Shown: positions 1-9,843, counted from the first letter of the stretch. The stretch is DNA of 64,000 nt from an uncultured Flavobacteriales bacterium (GCA_903837495.1 CAILUT010000011.1:1946-65945), one strand, 5' to 3'. Notes: generated by a model from the sequence alone, not told the origin. A program made the numbers and translations.

Positions 1-536
1 GATTGTTGACCAACCAGAGTTGGTGTTGCCCAAAATCTGGCAGGGAAATATCGAAGTCGGGTTTTGGTTTGGTGAGGGTTTGAAGGAGCTCCTGGCTTTG
101 TGGGGTTGCGTTAAAGGTCAACAAGGCGGGTTCGGCGTTTAGATTGGCATTGTCGAGGTATTCGGCCAAAAGGGCTTCTTTATGCACCAGGGTGGCTTCG
201 TGTTTTTTAATGGCCAGGTAATCGGCATCGGTTCCAATGGGAATGAGACCGATAAATCCCGTATAGCAAGCGTTGTTTTTATGTTGTCGATAAACCAGAA
301 AAACGGGGGTATCGGTTTTTTGTAAAAAGCCTTGTTTAAAAAAAGAGAGGAAGCGTTTTCGGCGGGCGTCTTGTTCCTGGTTGTGGTCTAGAATCACCTG
401 TAGAAACGAAACGGGGTTTGAGGCCAGAATATGCTCTTTTTGTTTGGAGGAATAGCCGTCAAAAGGGAGGGTAACGATTTGGTCGGCCAAATCGGTATTG
501 GGCAAAACCGCTAAAAAAGGAAGGAAATTGGCCATG
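1..536 (-). CDS. DUF1015-like conserved protein, N-terminal ~178 aa (gene runs off window start)
   Basis: Minus-strand ORF with ATG at 536-534 (MANFLPFLAVLPNTDLADQIVTLPFDGYSSKQKEHILASNPVSF...), open to position 1. It starts 2 nt after the serA stop, giving a serC-serA-X operon. This neighbourhood is typical of Bacteroidota, where X is a DUF1015 protein. The family assignment is from memory of that linkage, not from a search. Confidence 0.45.
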
Positions 537-538
537 CC

Positions 539-1504
539 TTAACCGCGGAAGTGGTCGAGAACAAGGTCAAGTAATTCTTCACCGATGCGGCTTTGAGCCT
601 CGGCAGTGCTTCCCCCTACATGGGGTGAAACGCTAATTTTAGGATGGTTTAGGAGTTCTGGATTTGGATGGGGTTCGTTTTCGAAGACGTCAAGGCAAGC
701 GAAGGCGACCTTTCCTGAATTTAGGGCATCCAATAGATCGGATTCATGGATAATGCCTCCGCGGGCGGTGTTGATGAGAACGGCACCGGGTTTCATGCAA
801 TCAAATTCGGCCGCGTTTAGGAGGGGCATGCCGTTGGCGGGCATGGGAACATGCAGCGTAATGGCATCGCTGCCTAAGAGGAGTTCGTTGAGGCTTACCG
901 TTTCAAATTCGAGGGTAAAGGTATCGCCGGTTTGGAGGAAATCCACTTCAATTTCTGCGGTTTTCACATAGGGGTCATAGGGTAAAACCCGCATTCCCAA
1001 ACCCATGGCAATTTGAGCCACTTCCTGTCCGATTCGACCAAACCCAATGATTCCCAAGGTTTTTCCTTTGAGTTCGAAGGCTTGGGCATATCTTTTTTTG
1101 AGGGCATCAAATTGGGAATGTCCATCGGCGGGCATTGTTCGATTTGAGTGGTGTAAAAATCGAGCAACGGAGAAAAGGTGGGCAAAAACCAATTCGGCCA
1201 CGGAGCGGGTGGAGCTGGCTGGGGTATTTGCAACGGTTTTACCTAAGGAACGTCCGTAATCCACGTCGATGTTGTCCATTCCCACTCCACCGCGGCCTAC
1301 AAAAGAAAGGTTTGGACAAGCGTCAAAAACCTCTTTTCGGACTTTGGTGGCCGATCGAACCAAAAGGCCGCGCACCTGGGTATTGTTGATAAAATCGATG
1401 AGGTTTTCTTGGCTCACCTTTTCGGTAATGACTTCAAAGCCTTTATTTTGGAGGGCAATTTTTGCTGCTTCTTCCAGGCCGTCGTTGGCTAAAATGCGAA
1501 TCAT
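539..1504 (-). CDS. serA: D-3-phosphoglycerate dehydrogenase / D-isomer-specific 2-hydroxyacid dehydrogenase
   Basis: 321 aa. NAD-binding GxGxxG-type motif (GIIGFGRIGQEVA) and a catalytic-domain layout typical of 2-hydroxyacid dehydrogenases. Lies immediately downstream of serC. Confidence 0.85.
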   Translation of the reverse strand: MIRILANDGLEEAAKIALQNKGFEVITEKVSQENLIDFINNTQVRGLLVRSATKVRKEVFDACPNLSFVGRGGVGMDNIDVDYGRSLGKTVANTPASSTRSVAELVFAHLFSVARFLHHSNRTMPADGHSQFDALKKRYAQAFELKGKTLGIIGFGRIGQEVAQIAMGLGMRVLPYDPYVKTAEIEVDFLQTGDTFTLEFETVSLNELLLGSDAITLHVPMPANGMPLLNAAEFDCMKPGAVLINTARGGIIHESDLLDALNSGKVAFACLDVFENEPHPNPELLNHPKISVSPHVGGSTAEAQSRIGEELLDLVLDHFRG

Positions 1505-1507
1505 GAA

Positions 1508-2575
1508 TTAAGCGTGTTTTTGAGCAAAATCGTGCATAGTTTGAACCAGTTCTTGAACGCTTTCAAGGGGTAGGGCGTTGTACATAGAGGCGCGGTAACC
1601 GCCTACCGAACGGTGGCCTTTGAGTCCGCTAAAGCCGCGTTCGTTAAGCATGGCTTCGAAGGCGGGTTCTAGGCGGATGTCGTTCAAAAGAAAAGTAGCA
1701 TTCATCGAAGAACGAACGGACTTTTCAACCGTACCTTTAAAGAGCGGGTTGCTGTCTAGGGCTTGGTAAAAACACGTGCTTTTTTGCCGGTTCAATTCAC
1801 CAATCCAGGGCAATCCTCCGTTGTTTTTGAGCCATTTGAGCGTAAGCATGCTTACAAAGATGGGAAATACAGGGGGGGTATTGAACATCGATTCTTTATC
1901 GATGTGCACTTGGTAATCGAGCATGGTTGGCAGATTGCGGCCGGTTTTGCCCAGCAGGTCTTTTTTAACAATCACCAAGGTAGTTCCAGCGGGTCCCATG
2001 TTTTTTTGGGCTCCGGCGTAAATCAATGAAAAGCGGGAGGCATCGATGGGTTTGCTAAACATATCAGAGGACATGTCGCAGACCAATGGAACGGGGGATT
2101 CAGGAATGGATTGAAACTGAGTTCCAAAGATGGTATTGTTCGATGTATAATGCAGGTAATCTGCATCGGAGGGCACAGAAAAATCTGGCAGGTAGGAATA
2201 GTTTTTGTCTTTTGAGCTACCCAGAACTTCGACCCGGCCAACGCGTTTGGCTTCATGGATGGCGTTAGCTGCCCAGGTGCCGGTATCAAGATAGGCGGCG
2301 TAGCCAGTGGAACTCAACAGATTTAGAGGGGCCATATAGAATTGCAAGCTGGTACCGCCTTGCAAAAAAACCACTTCATATTCGTCGCTCAGGTTTAGCA
2401 GTTCACGCACTAGGGCAACGGCTTGTTCCATTACATCGACAAATTCGGGGCCTCGGTGCGACATTTCAATTAGAGAAAGGCCTGTGTTGTCATAGTTTAG
2501 GACTCCTTGTGCAGCCTCTTGCAACACCTGAGCCGGTAAAATTCCTGGGCCGGCGCTAAAATTGTGAATTTTCAT
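1508..2575 (-). CDS. serC: phosphoserine aminotransferase
   Basis: 355 aa. N-terminus MKIHNFSAGPGILPAQVLQEA is the hallmark start of SerC (NFSAGP motif). Class V aminotransferase length. Confidence 0.9.
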   Translation of the reverse strand: MKIHNFSAGPGILPAQVLQEAAQGVLNYDNTGLSLIEMSHRGPEFVDVMEQAVALVRELLNLSDEYEVVFLQGGTSLQFYMAPLNLLSSTGYAAYLDTGTWAANAIHEAKRVGRVEVLGSSKDKNYSYLPDFSVPSDADYLHYTSNNTIFGTQFQSIPESPVPLVCDMSSDMFSKPIDASRFSLIYAGAQKNMGPAGTTLVIVKKDLLGKTGRNLPTMLDYQVHIDKESMFNTPPVFPIFVSMLTLKWLKNNGGLPWIGELNRQKSTCFYQALDSNPLFKGTVEKSVRSSMNATFLLNDIRLEPAFEAMLNERGFSGLKGHRSVGGYRASMYNALPLESVQELVQTMHDFAQKHA

Positions 2576-2610
2576 AGCAGTGAAAGCGTATTAATTGGTA
2601 CAAAGGAACA

Positions 2611-2642
2611 AAAAAAGACGGCTTAAAAAACCGTCTTTTTCG
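2611..2642 (-). terminator. rho-independent terminator (hairpin AAGACGG-loop-CCGTCTT flanked by A/T runs, usable in both directions)
   Basis: Inverted repeat aagacgg/ccgtctt with a 9-nt loop, followed by a T-run on the minus-strand reading. Sits between the DUF4476 gene end and the serC start. Confidence 0.6.
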
Positions 2643-2675
2643 AATTCAACAACTCTACTTCAAGGAGAATTAAAC

Positions 2676-3605
2676 TTAATTTTTGATCGATTTCAGGAAT
2701 TCGTCGAACTGGGTTTTTGTTCCGCCGTAGGTAAAGGAAGAGGACAAGGTGTAATATTCTTTAATGTCGGTCGATGCAACTTTAGCGTGGGCATAAATGG
2801 CGAAGGCCAATTTGCTTTCATCGTAAGTAAAGGTGTTTAGGACTTGTTTAACCTGACCGATGTAAAAGCAGTAATTGTCGGCCATTTGCTTGGCAGAGGC
2901 CAATTTTTCTTCGTCCGTTGGATGGCTTTGGATGGTTTGAAGGCCTTTGCGCAATTCGGTGTCCCACATCCCAACAATGCATTTTTGAGAAACAGAAGCC
3001 ATTTCATAGCGGGTTTGTGCATCGTTGGATTGCCACGTTTCATGTTCCGCATCTAGGTTGGCAGGGGTACCGTATTGGGGAGTTCCGGAGAAGTTGGTGT
3101 TGGTTTGAATGCCGTCCACATTCATTTGGATTCCCACCGATCCATTTTGTTCGTTGGCATTAAACTGAAAACCTACGGAACCGTTGTTTGGGTTGGCATT
3201 TGCGGGCGTTTGAGGTTGAGCTGGAACGCTGGGTTCGTCGATGTAAGCGGGTTGAGCTACGGGGGGTGCAGGCGCGGTGGTTCCGGCGGGAGCTTCTGAC
3301 AGGTAGCGGACCACCCATTCGTTTTTCTTGTTTCGCTTTAGGTTGTAGGTAATTTCAAGGCTTGGGGAGGCCGAAATTGTTTTGATTACCGAACCCAGCT
3401 CAGCTTGTTCAAATTTAATATTGACCTTAACACCCTCGGTGTTTACGCCGTCAAATCGAACGCGGGCATCGGGTTGGTTGTTGATGGTTTGACCGTTCAC
3501 CGTCAAGGTAAAACGTTCTCCATTTTCGGCAAAGAAAATTAAACTTCCTTGGCTCCAAGCGGCAAAAGGAAGCAAGAATAAAAAGGGCAATAGGATTCGC
3601 AACAT
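2676..3605 (-). CDS. secreted hypothetical protein, probably DUF4476-type C-terminal domain
   Basis: 309 aa. N-terminal signal peptide (MLRILLPFLFLLPFAAWSQ), a Pro/Ala/Gln-rich low-complexity linker, and a conserved C-terminal half. The domain name is a guess. Confidence 0.4.
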   Translation of the reverse strand: MLRILLPFLFLLPFAAWSQGSLIFFAENGERFTLTVNGQTINNQPDARVRFDGVNTEGVKVNIKFEQAELGSVIKTISASPSLEITYNLKRNKKNEWVVRYLSEAPAGTTAPAPPVAQPAYIDEPSVPAQPQTPANANPNNGSVGFQFNANEQNGSVGIQMNVDGIQTNTNFSGTPQYGTPANLDAEHETWQSNDAQTRYEMASVSQKCIVGMWDTELRKGLQTIQSHPTDEEKLASAKQMADNYCFYIGQVKQVLNTFTYDESKLAFAIYAHAKVASTDIKEYYTLSSSFTYGGTKTQFDEFLKSIKN

Positions 3606-3669
3606 GGTTTTAAGATTTAAAAGCTAAAGTAGGAACAAATTGAAACGGCGGCTTCAAAGACGATGTAAA

Positions 3670-5469
3670 TTAGTCGTTAAATTTAATGTCAAAGGGCATT
3701 CGGGCATTCACCCCTTTCATGTTTTCCACCTTTTTAACAAGGGTTAGCCATTCGATTCCAAGGCCCAATCCTTCCTTTTTAAGAATGGCCTTGCTGTTTT
3801 CAGACAGGCCATCAAAAAATGCCTGGAAAGGGTCGGCCGGTTTTGGATACACCGCGGTAGAAAAGTCATCGAGTTTGGCCAGTTTGGCTGCCGCCTTAAC
3901 GGCATCTTTGAGTCCGCCCAACTCATCCACCAAGCCCAATTGTTTGGCTTGTTCTCCGGACCAAACGCGTCCTTGTCCGATGGAATCTACCTGTTCAATT
4001 TTCATTTTCCTTCCGTCGGCAACGCGCTGGGTAAATTCTCCATAAATACGGGTTACCATGTTTTCGAGGACTTGCTTTTCGCGGTCGCGCAAGGGCCTAG
4101 AGCCGGTTGGGAAGTCCCCGTTGTTGTGAAGATTAACGGTATCGGTTGTAACGCCCAACTTATCGTTCAACAACCCTTTGGCATTGAACAGCAAACCGAA
4201 CACACCAATGGAACCGGTAATGGTGGTTGGATTGGCGTAAATTTTAGAGGCATGGCAGGCGATGTAATATCCCCCCGAGGCCGCCAGGTTGCCCATGGAA
4301 ACCACCACCGGTTTTTTAGCTTTAAGCAGAGCCAATTCGCGCCACATCAATTCGGAAGCGAGGGCCGAGCCTCCGGGAGAATTGACCCGAAGCACCACCG
4401 CTTTCACCTCATCGTTTTCGCGCAGCTCGCGGATGCTTTGATTTAAGGATTTAGAACCCACCATTCCTTGGGAACTTTTCCCATCAACAATATCGCCTTC
4501 TGCCACCAAAATGGCAATTTGGTTTTCGGAATCGTCATCAAGAGCGAGGTTGGTGAGCGCTATTTTTCCATACGCATCAAGAGGAAGCAGAGGGGAATCC
4601 TCGGGCGACCACTCTTCCCAGCCCGCTAATTTTGCGAGCCGGTTCATAAACTCATCTCGGTATTCTAGGGTATCTGAAAACCGGTGTTTTTGAGCATCCA
4701 ACGCAGAGGTTACAAACAGGCCATTGATTAGAGAATCGAGGACAAGGGGCTTGATCTTATTTTTGGCTGCCAAGGCGGCCCCCATGGATTTCCACATGCT
4801 GCCCATCAGTGATCTCATTTGAATTCGGTTTGATTCACTGGCTTGGGCAAGCAAAAAGGGTTCTACTGCGCTTTTAAATTTATTGCCCACCGGACGTACA
4901 GCGTAGGGTTCAACACCCAATTTATCGAGGACTCCGCGAAAAAACAAAAGTTCAGCTCCCATGCCGTTCAGTAAAAAATCAGAATGGGCGTTCAAAGAAA
5001 GGTGGGTAGAAACAGAGGCGAAGTAATAGGCTTTTTGCGACAACCCTTCGGAATAGGTTGCGATGAACTTCCCTTTTGCTTTAAATCGTTCTAGGGCTTG
5101 TCGAATTTCATAGGCATTCCCCATTCCGGTTGACAGCCCTTCTATGTCAAGAAAAAGCCCCACCACTTTTGCGTCGGTGCTTGCATAATCCAATATATTG
5201 ATGGTTTCCCACAAGGTCAATTTCGTGTTGGTTCCAGACCCAAAATCGATTTCTGCAAACGGGTTTTGGTCTGAGGCATCCACCACGGGGTACGAAAAAG
5301 TGAGGTGAAGCACGGTTTTATCTTCGGCTTCCGTTTTAGCTTGTTCAGCACCTCCGAATTCGGATGAAATGACTGCAGCCACTCCCGCGATAACTAGGAA
5401 GGCGAACAAAATCCCAGCAATGCTGGCGCCCAAAATGGAACCCAAGAAAGAACCCCAGAAATTTTTCAT
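3670..5469 (-). CDS. sppA: signal peptide peptidase A (protease IV), 67K type
   Basis: 599 aa. N-terminal transmembrane anchor and two ClpP/crotonase-like S49 peptidase repeats (…NSPGGSALASE… serine region). Confidence 0.85.
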   Translation of the reverse strand: MKNFWGSFLGSILGASIAGILFAFLVIAGVAAVISSEFGGAEQAKTEAEDKTVLHLTFSYPVVDASDQNPFAEIDFGSGTNTKLTLWETINILDYASTDAKVVGLFLDIEGLSTGMGNAYEIRQALERFKAKGKFIATYSEGLSQKAYYFASVSTHLSLNAHSDFLLNGMGAELLFFRGVLDKLGVEPYAVRPVGNKFKSAVEPFLLAQASESNRIQMRSLMGSMWKSMGAALAAKNKIKPLVLDSLINGLFVTSALDAQKHRFSDTLEYRDEFMNRLAKLAGWEEWSPEDSPLLPLDAYGKIALTNLALDDDSENQIAILVAEGDIVDGKSSQGMVGSKSLNQSIRELRENDEVKAVVLRVNSPGGSALASELMWRELALLKAKKPVVVSMGNLAASGGYYIACHASKIYANPTTITGSIGVFGLLFNAKGLLNDKLGVTTDTVNLHNNGDFPTGSRPLRDREKQVLENMVTRIYGEFTQRVADGRKMKIEQVDSIGQGRVWSGEQAKQLGLVDELGGLKDAVKAAAKLAKLDDFSTAVYPKPADPFQAFFDGLSENSKAILKKEGLGLGIEWLTLVKKVENMKGVNARMPFDIKFND

Positions 5470-5605
5470 ATTGATTGGAATTGCGTTGCAAAAAGTGAAG
5501 GTATCTAAAAACCGATTGAGTTATGTAAGCAGATTGAATCAATTTAAACTGTTTTAACGGTTTAAGCTGTTCTGAGAAATAGGCACAAAGGTGTTGAGAG
5601 ATTGT

Positions 5606-5613
5606 TACCTTTG
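5606..5613 (+). promoter_or_regulatory. Bacteroidota sigma-A -7 box (TAccTTTG) 11 nt upstream of the ribF ATG
   Basis: Exact match to the TAnnTTTG -7 consensus of Bacteroidota promoters. The -33 TTG element is not obvious. Confidence 0.3.
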
Positions 5614-5624
5614 CCAAAGGAGTT

Positions 5625-6563
5625 ATGGAGGTCATTAACGGTATAGAATCCTTGCCTAAGTTTAGAAAGCCCGTAATAACGACAGGGACTTTTGATGGGA
5701 TACACATAGGGCATCGGAAGATATTAAATAGGGTAATTCAAAGGGCCAAGAGCATAGGCGGCGAGTCCGTTTTGGTCACCTTCCACCCCCACCCCAGATT
5801 GGTTTTGTTTCCAGACGACAACGATTTAAAGTTATTGAATACCCTGGAAGAAAAAAAGGAGCTTTTAGATGAATTGGGCTTGGATTGCATGCTCATTATT
5901 CCTTTTGATGGAGCTTTTAGTCGAATGAAAGCTCGAGATTATGTGGGCTCGTTTTTAAAAAACACCTTGAATGTACACACCCTGATTGTGGGGTATGACC
6001 ATCATTTTGGCCGCAACCGGGAGGGCGATTACAGCTTACTCAAACCTTTGTCGGCCGAACTTGAATTTGAATTGGAAGAAATTCCTGCCCAAGATATTGA
6101 CCAAGTGAAGGTCAGTTCAACAAAAATAAGGCAGTCTTTGATGTTGGGGGATGTTAAAACCGCCGCCGAATTTTTAACCTACCCCTACTCCATCCGCGGC
6201 CAAGTGGAACATGGGGAAGGCCGTGGAAAAGGCATGGGATACCCCACGGCCAATTTGAACCTGCTTGAGGATAGAAAGTTAATTCCCGCCAACGGAGTAT
6301 ATGCGGCGCTGGCAGAAACGGGAACCGGGAAATTTAAAGCCATGGTAAACATTGGCATACGTCCCACCTTTCATCAAAACCAAGAACGGCGCATTGAGGT
6401 TCATTTGTTTGATTTTGATTCCAATTTATACGGCAAAGCCCTTAGCATCCAGTTTATGGACAGAATGCGAGACGAAATGCAGTTCGACAGTTCGGAAGCC
6501 TTAGGCAATCAATTGAAAAAAGACGCTGTTCAGGCTAAAAACATATTGCAAAGGCATGCGTAG
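5625..6563 (+). CDS. ribF: bifunctional riboflavin kinase / FMN adenylyltransferase
   Basis: 312 aa. N-terminal nucleotidyltransferase motif GTFDGIHIGH. The C-terminal riboflavin kinase domain region is present. Confidence 0.9.
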   Translation: MEVINGIESLPKFRKPVITTGTFDGIHIGHRKILNRVIQRAKSIGGESVLVTFHPHPRLVLFPDDNDLKLLNTLEEKKELLDELGLDCMLIIPFDGAFSRMKARDYVGSFLKNTLNVHTLIVGYDHHFGRNREGDYSLLKPLSAELEFELEEIPAQDIDQVKVSSTKIRQSLMLGDVKTAAEFLTYPYSIRGQVEHGEGRGKGMGYPTANLNLLEDRKLIPANGVYAALAETGTGKFKAMVNIGIRPTFHQNQERRIEVHLFDFDSNLYGKALSIQFMDRMRDEMQFDSSEALGNQLKKDAVQAKNILQRHA

Positions 6564-7152
6564 GTTCTGCTTGGGCTTTTTATCCTGGCTGTTTTTTGCC
6601 TTTGGCTTATACAGCCAAACGGCAGAATTTCGCGATGAGCCTTTGTACACCGATTTAAAAATAGCCATGGAACACCCAGAACGGGTAAAACGCCTCGCTT
6701 TAAACCGAAAAAAATACAAACGGATTCCCAAAGATGTTTTTAATTTTCCAAACCTGTGGGAACTTGATTTATCAAAAAACAAACTGAGCACCCTGCCACC
6801 TGAAATAAGTAAACTCAAAAAACTCCGGGTACTTAATTTGGAGCGAAACGCCTTAGAATCGCTCCCCAAAGAGCTTTGTGATTTGTCGAAACTGGAGGTC
6901 TTGAACCTGCGAAAAAATGAGCTGTATCAGTTGCCTGACTGCCTAACAGAGTTAAGCCGACTGAATTATCTGATTGTTTCTTCAAACCCTATTTTTAAAC
7001 TTCCCAAGAGCATCAATGGCATGGTTCAGTTGATGGAATTTGACGCTAGGTCAACCGATATTCATTCGGATGCCATAAAATCCATGCAGCAAGCCTTGCC
7101 TGGCAGCCGCATTTTATGGGATTCAGATTGCAACTGCGGGCCGAACCATTAA
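6556..7152 (+). CDS. leucine-rich-repeat (LRR) protein with signal peptide
   Basis: 198 aa. Signal peptide followed by at least five 23-residue LxxLxLxxNxLxxLPxx repeats (LWELDLSKNKLSTLPPEISKLKKLRVLNLERNALESLPKEL…). Its start overlaps the ribF stop by 8 nt. Confidence 0.75.
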   Translation: MRRFCLGFLSWLFFAFGLYSQTAEFRDEPLYTDLKIAMEHPERVKRLALNRKKYKRIPKDVFNFPNLWELDLSKNKLSTLPPEISKLKKLRVLNLERNALESLPKELCDLSKLEVLNLRKNELYQLPDCLTELSRLNYLIVSSNPIFKLPKSINGMVQLMEFDARSTDIHSDAIKSMQQALPGSRILWDSDCNCGPNH

Positions 7153-7174
7153 TCCCAATAGAGAGGGCTAGGGT

Positions 7175-8239
7175 TTGTCAATGGACTCCGTTTTATTATT
7201 TTTGCCCTCAACAACTTCAACTATGGCAAAGAAAGCATCGGTGAACAAAACAGGATTTTCAAAAGAAACCTGGCTTAAATGGTATAAAGACATGTTGCTG
7301 TGGCGTCGCTTAGAAGAAAAAGCGGGCATGATGTACACCATGGGGAAAATCAGAGGTTTTTGCCATTTGTATATTGGTCAGGAAGCCCTGGTAGCAGGAG
7401 CTTGCTCGGCCATACGCCCCGACGACAACATGATAACCGCTTACCGAAATCACATTCACCCCTTGGGAAAAGGAATGGAATCCAAATACATGATGGCAGA
7501 GTTGTATGGCAAATCTACCGGCTGTTCAAACGGAAATGGAGGTTCTATGCACATGTTTTCTAAGGATTTGCGGTTTTGGGGCGGGCATGGAATTGTAGGT
7601 GGGCAGATTCCGGTGGGCGCGGGCTTGGCATTTGCCGATCAGTTCAACGGTTCTGACCGGGTTACCCTATGTTACATGGGCGATGGTGCTGTTCGTCAGG
7701 GTTCCTTCCACGAAACCTTTAATTTGGCTATGTTGTGGAAGTTGCCTGTTATTTTCATCATTGAGAACAACAAATATGCCATGGGAACTTCGGTGGAACG
7801 CACCTCGAATGTAACCGACTTATTTAAACTGGGTTTATCGTACGACATGCCCTCAGAGGCGGTTGACGGAATGCGTGCCGATTCATTTCATGAGGCGATT
7901 GCCCGTGCGGCCGAACGGGCCCGTGCAGGTGAAGGCCCAACCCTGATTGAAGCTTTAACTTATCGGTATAAAGGCCATTCTATGTCGGACCCCCAAAAAT
8001 ACCGAAGCAAAGACGAGGTTGAGGAATACAAAGACAAAGACCCTATTTTGCATGCCTTGTCGGTATTGCAGGCCAATCAATGGATTAGCGAGGCTGAATT
8101 GGAAAGCATTGACCAAGCCATAAAAGACGAGGTAGAAGAGGCGGTTGATTTTGCCGAAAACTCCCCCTACCCAGAAGCATCAGCTTTATACGAGTATGTA
8201 TATTCTGAGCCCAATTATCCATTTATCGAAACACACTAA
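7175..8239 (+). CDS. pdhA: pyruvate dehydrogenase E1 component alpha subunit (TPP-dependent)
   Basis: 354 aa. TPP-binding region (GDGAVRQGSFHETFNLAMLWKLPVIFIIENNKYAMGT) and phosphorylation-loop-like YRYKGHSMSDP. The true start may be the internal Met at 7223 (MAKKASVNK…). Confidence 0.85.
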   Translation: MSMDSVLLFLPSTTSTMAKKASVNKTGFSKETWLKWYKDMLLWRRLEEKAGMMYTMGKIRGFCHLYIGQEALVAGACSAIRPDDNMITAYRNHIHPLGKGMESKYMMAELYGKSTGCSNGNGGSMHMFSKDLRFWGGHGIVGGQIPVGAGLAFADQFNGSDRVTLCYMGDGAVRQGSFHETFNLAMLWKLPVIFIIENNKYAMGTSVERTSNVTDLFKLGLSYDMPSEAVDGMRADSFHEAIARAAERARAGEGPTLIEALTYRYKGHSMSDPQKYRSKDEVEEYKDKDPILHALSVLQANQWISEAELESIDQAIKDEVEEAVDFAENSPYPEASALYEYVYSEPNYPFIETH

Positions 8240-8248
8240 ATCAAAACC

Positions 8249-9475
8249 ATGGCTGAAATAGTTCGGATGCCCAAGTTAAGCGACACCATGACCGAAGGAG
8301 TGGTAGCCGCCTGGCATAAAAAAGTTGGTGATAAAGTTAAAGCAGGTGATTTGCTGGCCGAAATCGAAACCGATAAGGCCACCATGGAATTTGAAAGTTT
8401 CCAAGAAGGGGTGTTGCTTCACATTGGAATTCAAACGGGTGGAACCGCACCGGTTGATTCCATTTTGGCCATTTTAGGCAAAGAGGGAGAAGATGTTTCA
8501 GGCCTACTGAGCATCGAGTCTGCCGCAGCATTAACCCCTGTAGCAACCGAATCGGTTCAGGTACAAGCCCCGGCGGCTCAGACTCAGGTAAGCAGTGTTT
8601 CTGCGGCTCCACAAGCCAACGAAAACAGCAGCGACCGCCTGAAGGCTAGCCCTTTGGCAAAAAACATAGCCCGAGACAAAGGCATAGACCTTCGTTCTGT
8701 AACCGGTTCTGGCGATGGAGGCCGCATCGTGAAGAAAGACCTTGAAACAGCGTCAACGGCAACTCCTGCTGGGGCGTTTTCTGCTACGTTTTCAAACAGC
8801 CACCACGAGGTGGCCGTTTCTCAAATGCGCAAAACCATTGCACGAAGGCTGGGTGAAAGCAAATTCACAGCACCCCACTTTTACTTGAACATGGACATCG
8901 ACATGGATCAATCGGTGGCGGCCCGCAATGTGCTAAAAAATTCAATGAATGTATCGGTGTCTTTCAACGATATGGTCATTAAGGCCGTTGCGTTGGCACT
9001 TAAAAAACATCCCGCCGTAAATTCGGCATGGCTGGGCGATAAAATCCGCTTTCACGACTACGTGCATATTGGAGTTGCGGTGGCCGTTCCAGAAGGATTA
9101 ATGGTGCCCGTGCTTCAACACGCCGACCAACGTTCTTTGTCGGAAATCTCAGCCGCAGTCCGAGATTTTGCTCAACGCGCCCGAGAAAAGAAACTGCAGC
9201 CCGAAGAAATGCAAGGCAATACCTTTAGCATATCAAACCTAGGAATGTTTGGCATCAGCAACTTTACCGCCATCATCAACCCACCTGATTCTGCCATTTT
9301 AGCCGTAGGTGCCATTCGCCAAGAGGCCGTGGTTAAGAATGGCAGTGTAGCCGTTGGCCACCGCATGACGGTTACCCTAAGTTGCGACCACCGTTCTGTG
9401 GACGGAGCAACAGGGGCAGCCTTCCTGCAAACCCTAAAGGCTATGTTGGAAGAACCTTTAATGATGTTGGTATAA
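8249..9475 (+). CDS. pdhC: dihydrolipoamide acetyltransferase (E2) of the pyruvate dehydrogenase complex
   Basis: 408 aa. N-terminal lipoyl domain with EIETDKATMEFES (lipoyl-Lys), an Ala/Pro-rich linker, a peripheral-subunit-binding domain, and a C-terminal catalytic domain with DHRSVDGA. Confidence 0.9.
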   Translation: MAEIVRMPKLSDTMTEGVVAAWHKKVGDKVKAGDLLAEIETDKATMEFESFQEGVLLHIGIQTGGTAPVDSILAILGKEGEDVSGLLSIESAAALTPVATESVQVQAPAAQTQVSSVSAAPQANENSSDRLKASPLAKNIARDKGIDLRSVTGSGDGGRIVKKDLETASTATPAGAFSATFSNSHHEVAVSQMRKTIARRLGESKFTAPHFYLNMDIDMDQSVAARNVLKNSMNVSVSFNDMVIKAVALALKKHPAVNSAWLGDKIRFHDYVHIGVAVAVPEGLMVPVLQHADQRSLSEISAAVRDFAQRAREKKLQPEEMQGNTFSISNLGMFGISNFTAIINPPDSAILAVGAIRQEAVVKNGSVAVGHRMTVTLSCDHRSVDGATGAAFLQTLKAMLEEPLMMLV

Positions 9476-9843
9476 TGATGCACACTCTGCTCCTTTTTGA
9501 TGTGTCTGGAGGAGAGTTCATTTTAATTGTACTGGCCATTATTTTGTTGTTCGGATCCAAGGGCATACCTGAAATTGCTCGGGTATTCGGCAAAGGCATG
9601 CGCGAATTTCGTACCGCCACCGACACCATAAAGCGTGAGATTTCGGAGTCTGGCCAATCCATGAAACAGGATTTAACCGATCAAGTTGTTAGGCCTTTTG
9701 ACCAAGCCTTTTCTGATGAACACTACTTAAATCCGCCACCAAGCAGTGCGTACGATACGGATTTCGGCTCCGTCGAAAGCAAAGACAAATCGGAAAACCC
9801 AGACACTCCGGCAAGCCCTGACTCAGCACCGCCAAATCCTTGA
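9475..9843 (+). CDS. tatA: twin-arginine translocase subunit TatA/E family
   Basis: Start ATG at 9475 overlaps the last base of the E2 stop codon. MMHTLLLFDVSGGEFILIVLAIILLFGSKGIPEIARVFGKGMREFR is the canonical TatA TM helix plus amphipathic helix (FG.KKLPE..R..G). It has an acidic/Pro-rich tail, so it is somewhat long at 122 aa. Confidence 0.8.
   Translation: MMHTLLLFDVSGGEFILIVLAIILLFGSKGIPEIARVFGKGMREFRTATDTIKREISESGQSMKQDLTDQVVRPFDQAFSDEHYLNPPPSSAYDTDFGSVESKDKSENPDTPASPDSAPPNP

Noticed and set aside
9382-9474. N-terminal extension of the tatA ORF back to 9382, and similarly upstream extensions of trkA (9746), the M43 protease (10686), the epimerase (12620), recF (17557), rlmH (40992), the 43306 ORF, the second M43 gene (37495) and the histidine kinase (60175)
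   Set aside because: The extensions overlap upstream genes or lack conservation. In each case an internal Met gives a canonical N-terminus: a TatA TM helix, a Rossmann start, a signal peptide, and so on.
7175-9475. Absence of a pdhB (E1 beta) gene between pdhA and the E2 gene as a possible anomaly
   Set aside because: The pdhA-E2 adjacency with E1-beta encoded elsewhere is, to my recollection, the normal arrangement in many Bacteroidota, so this is not a deletion or novelty.
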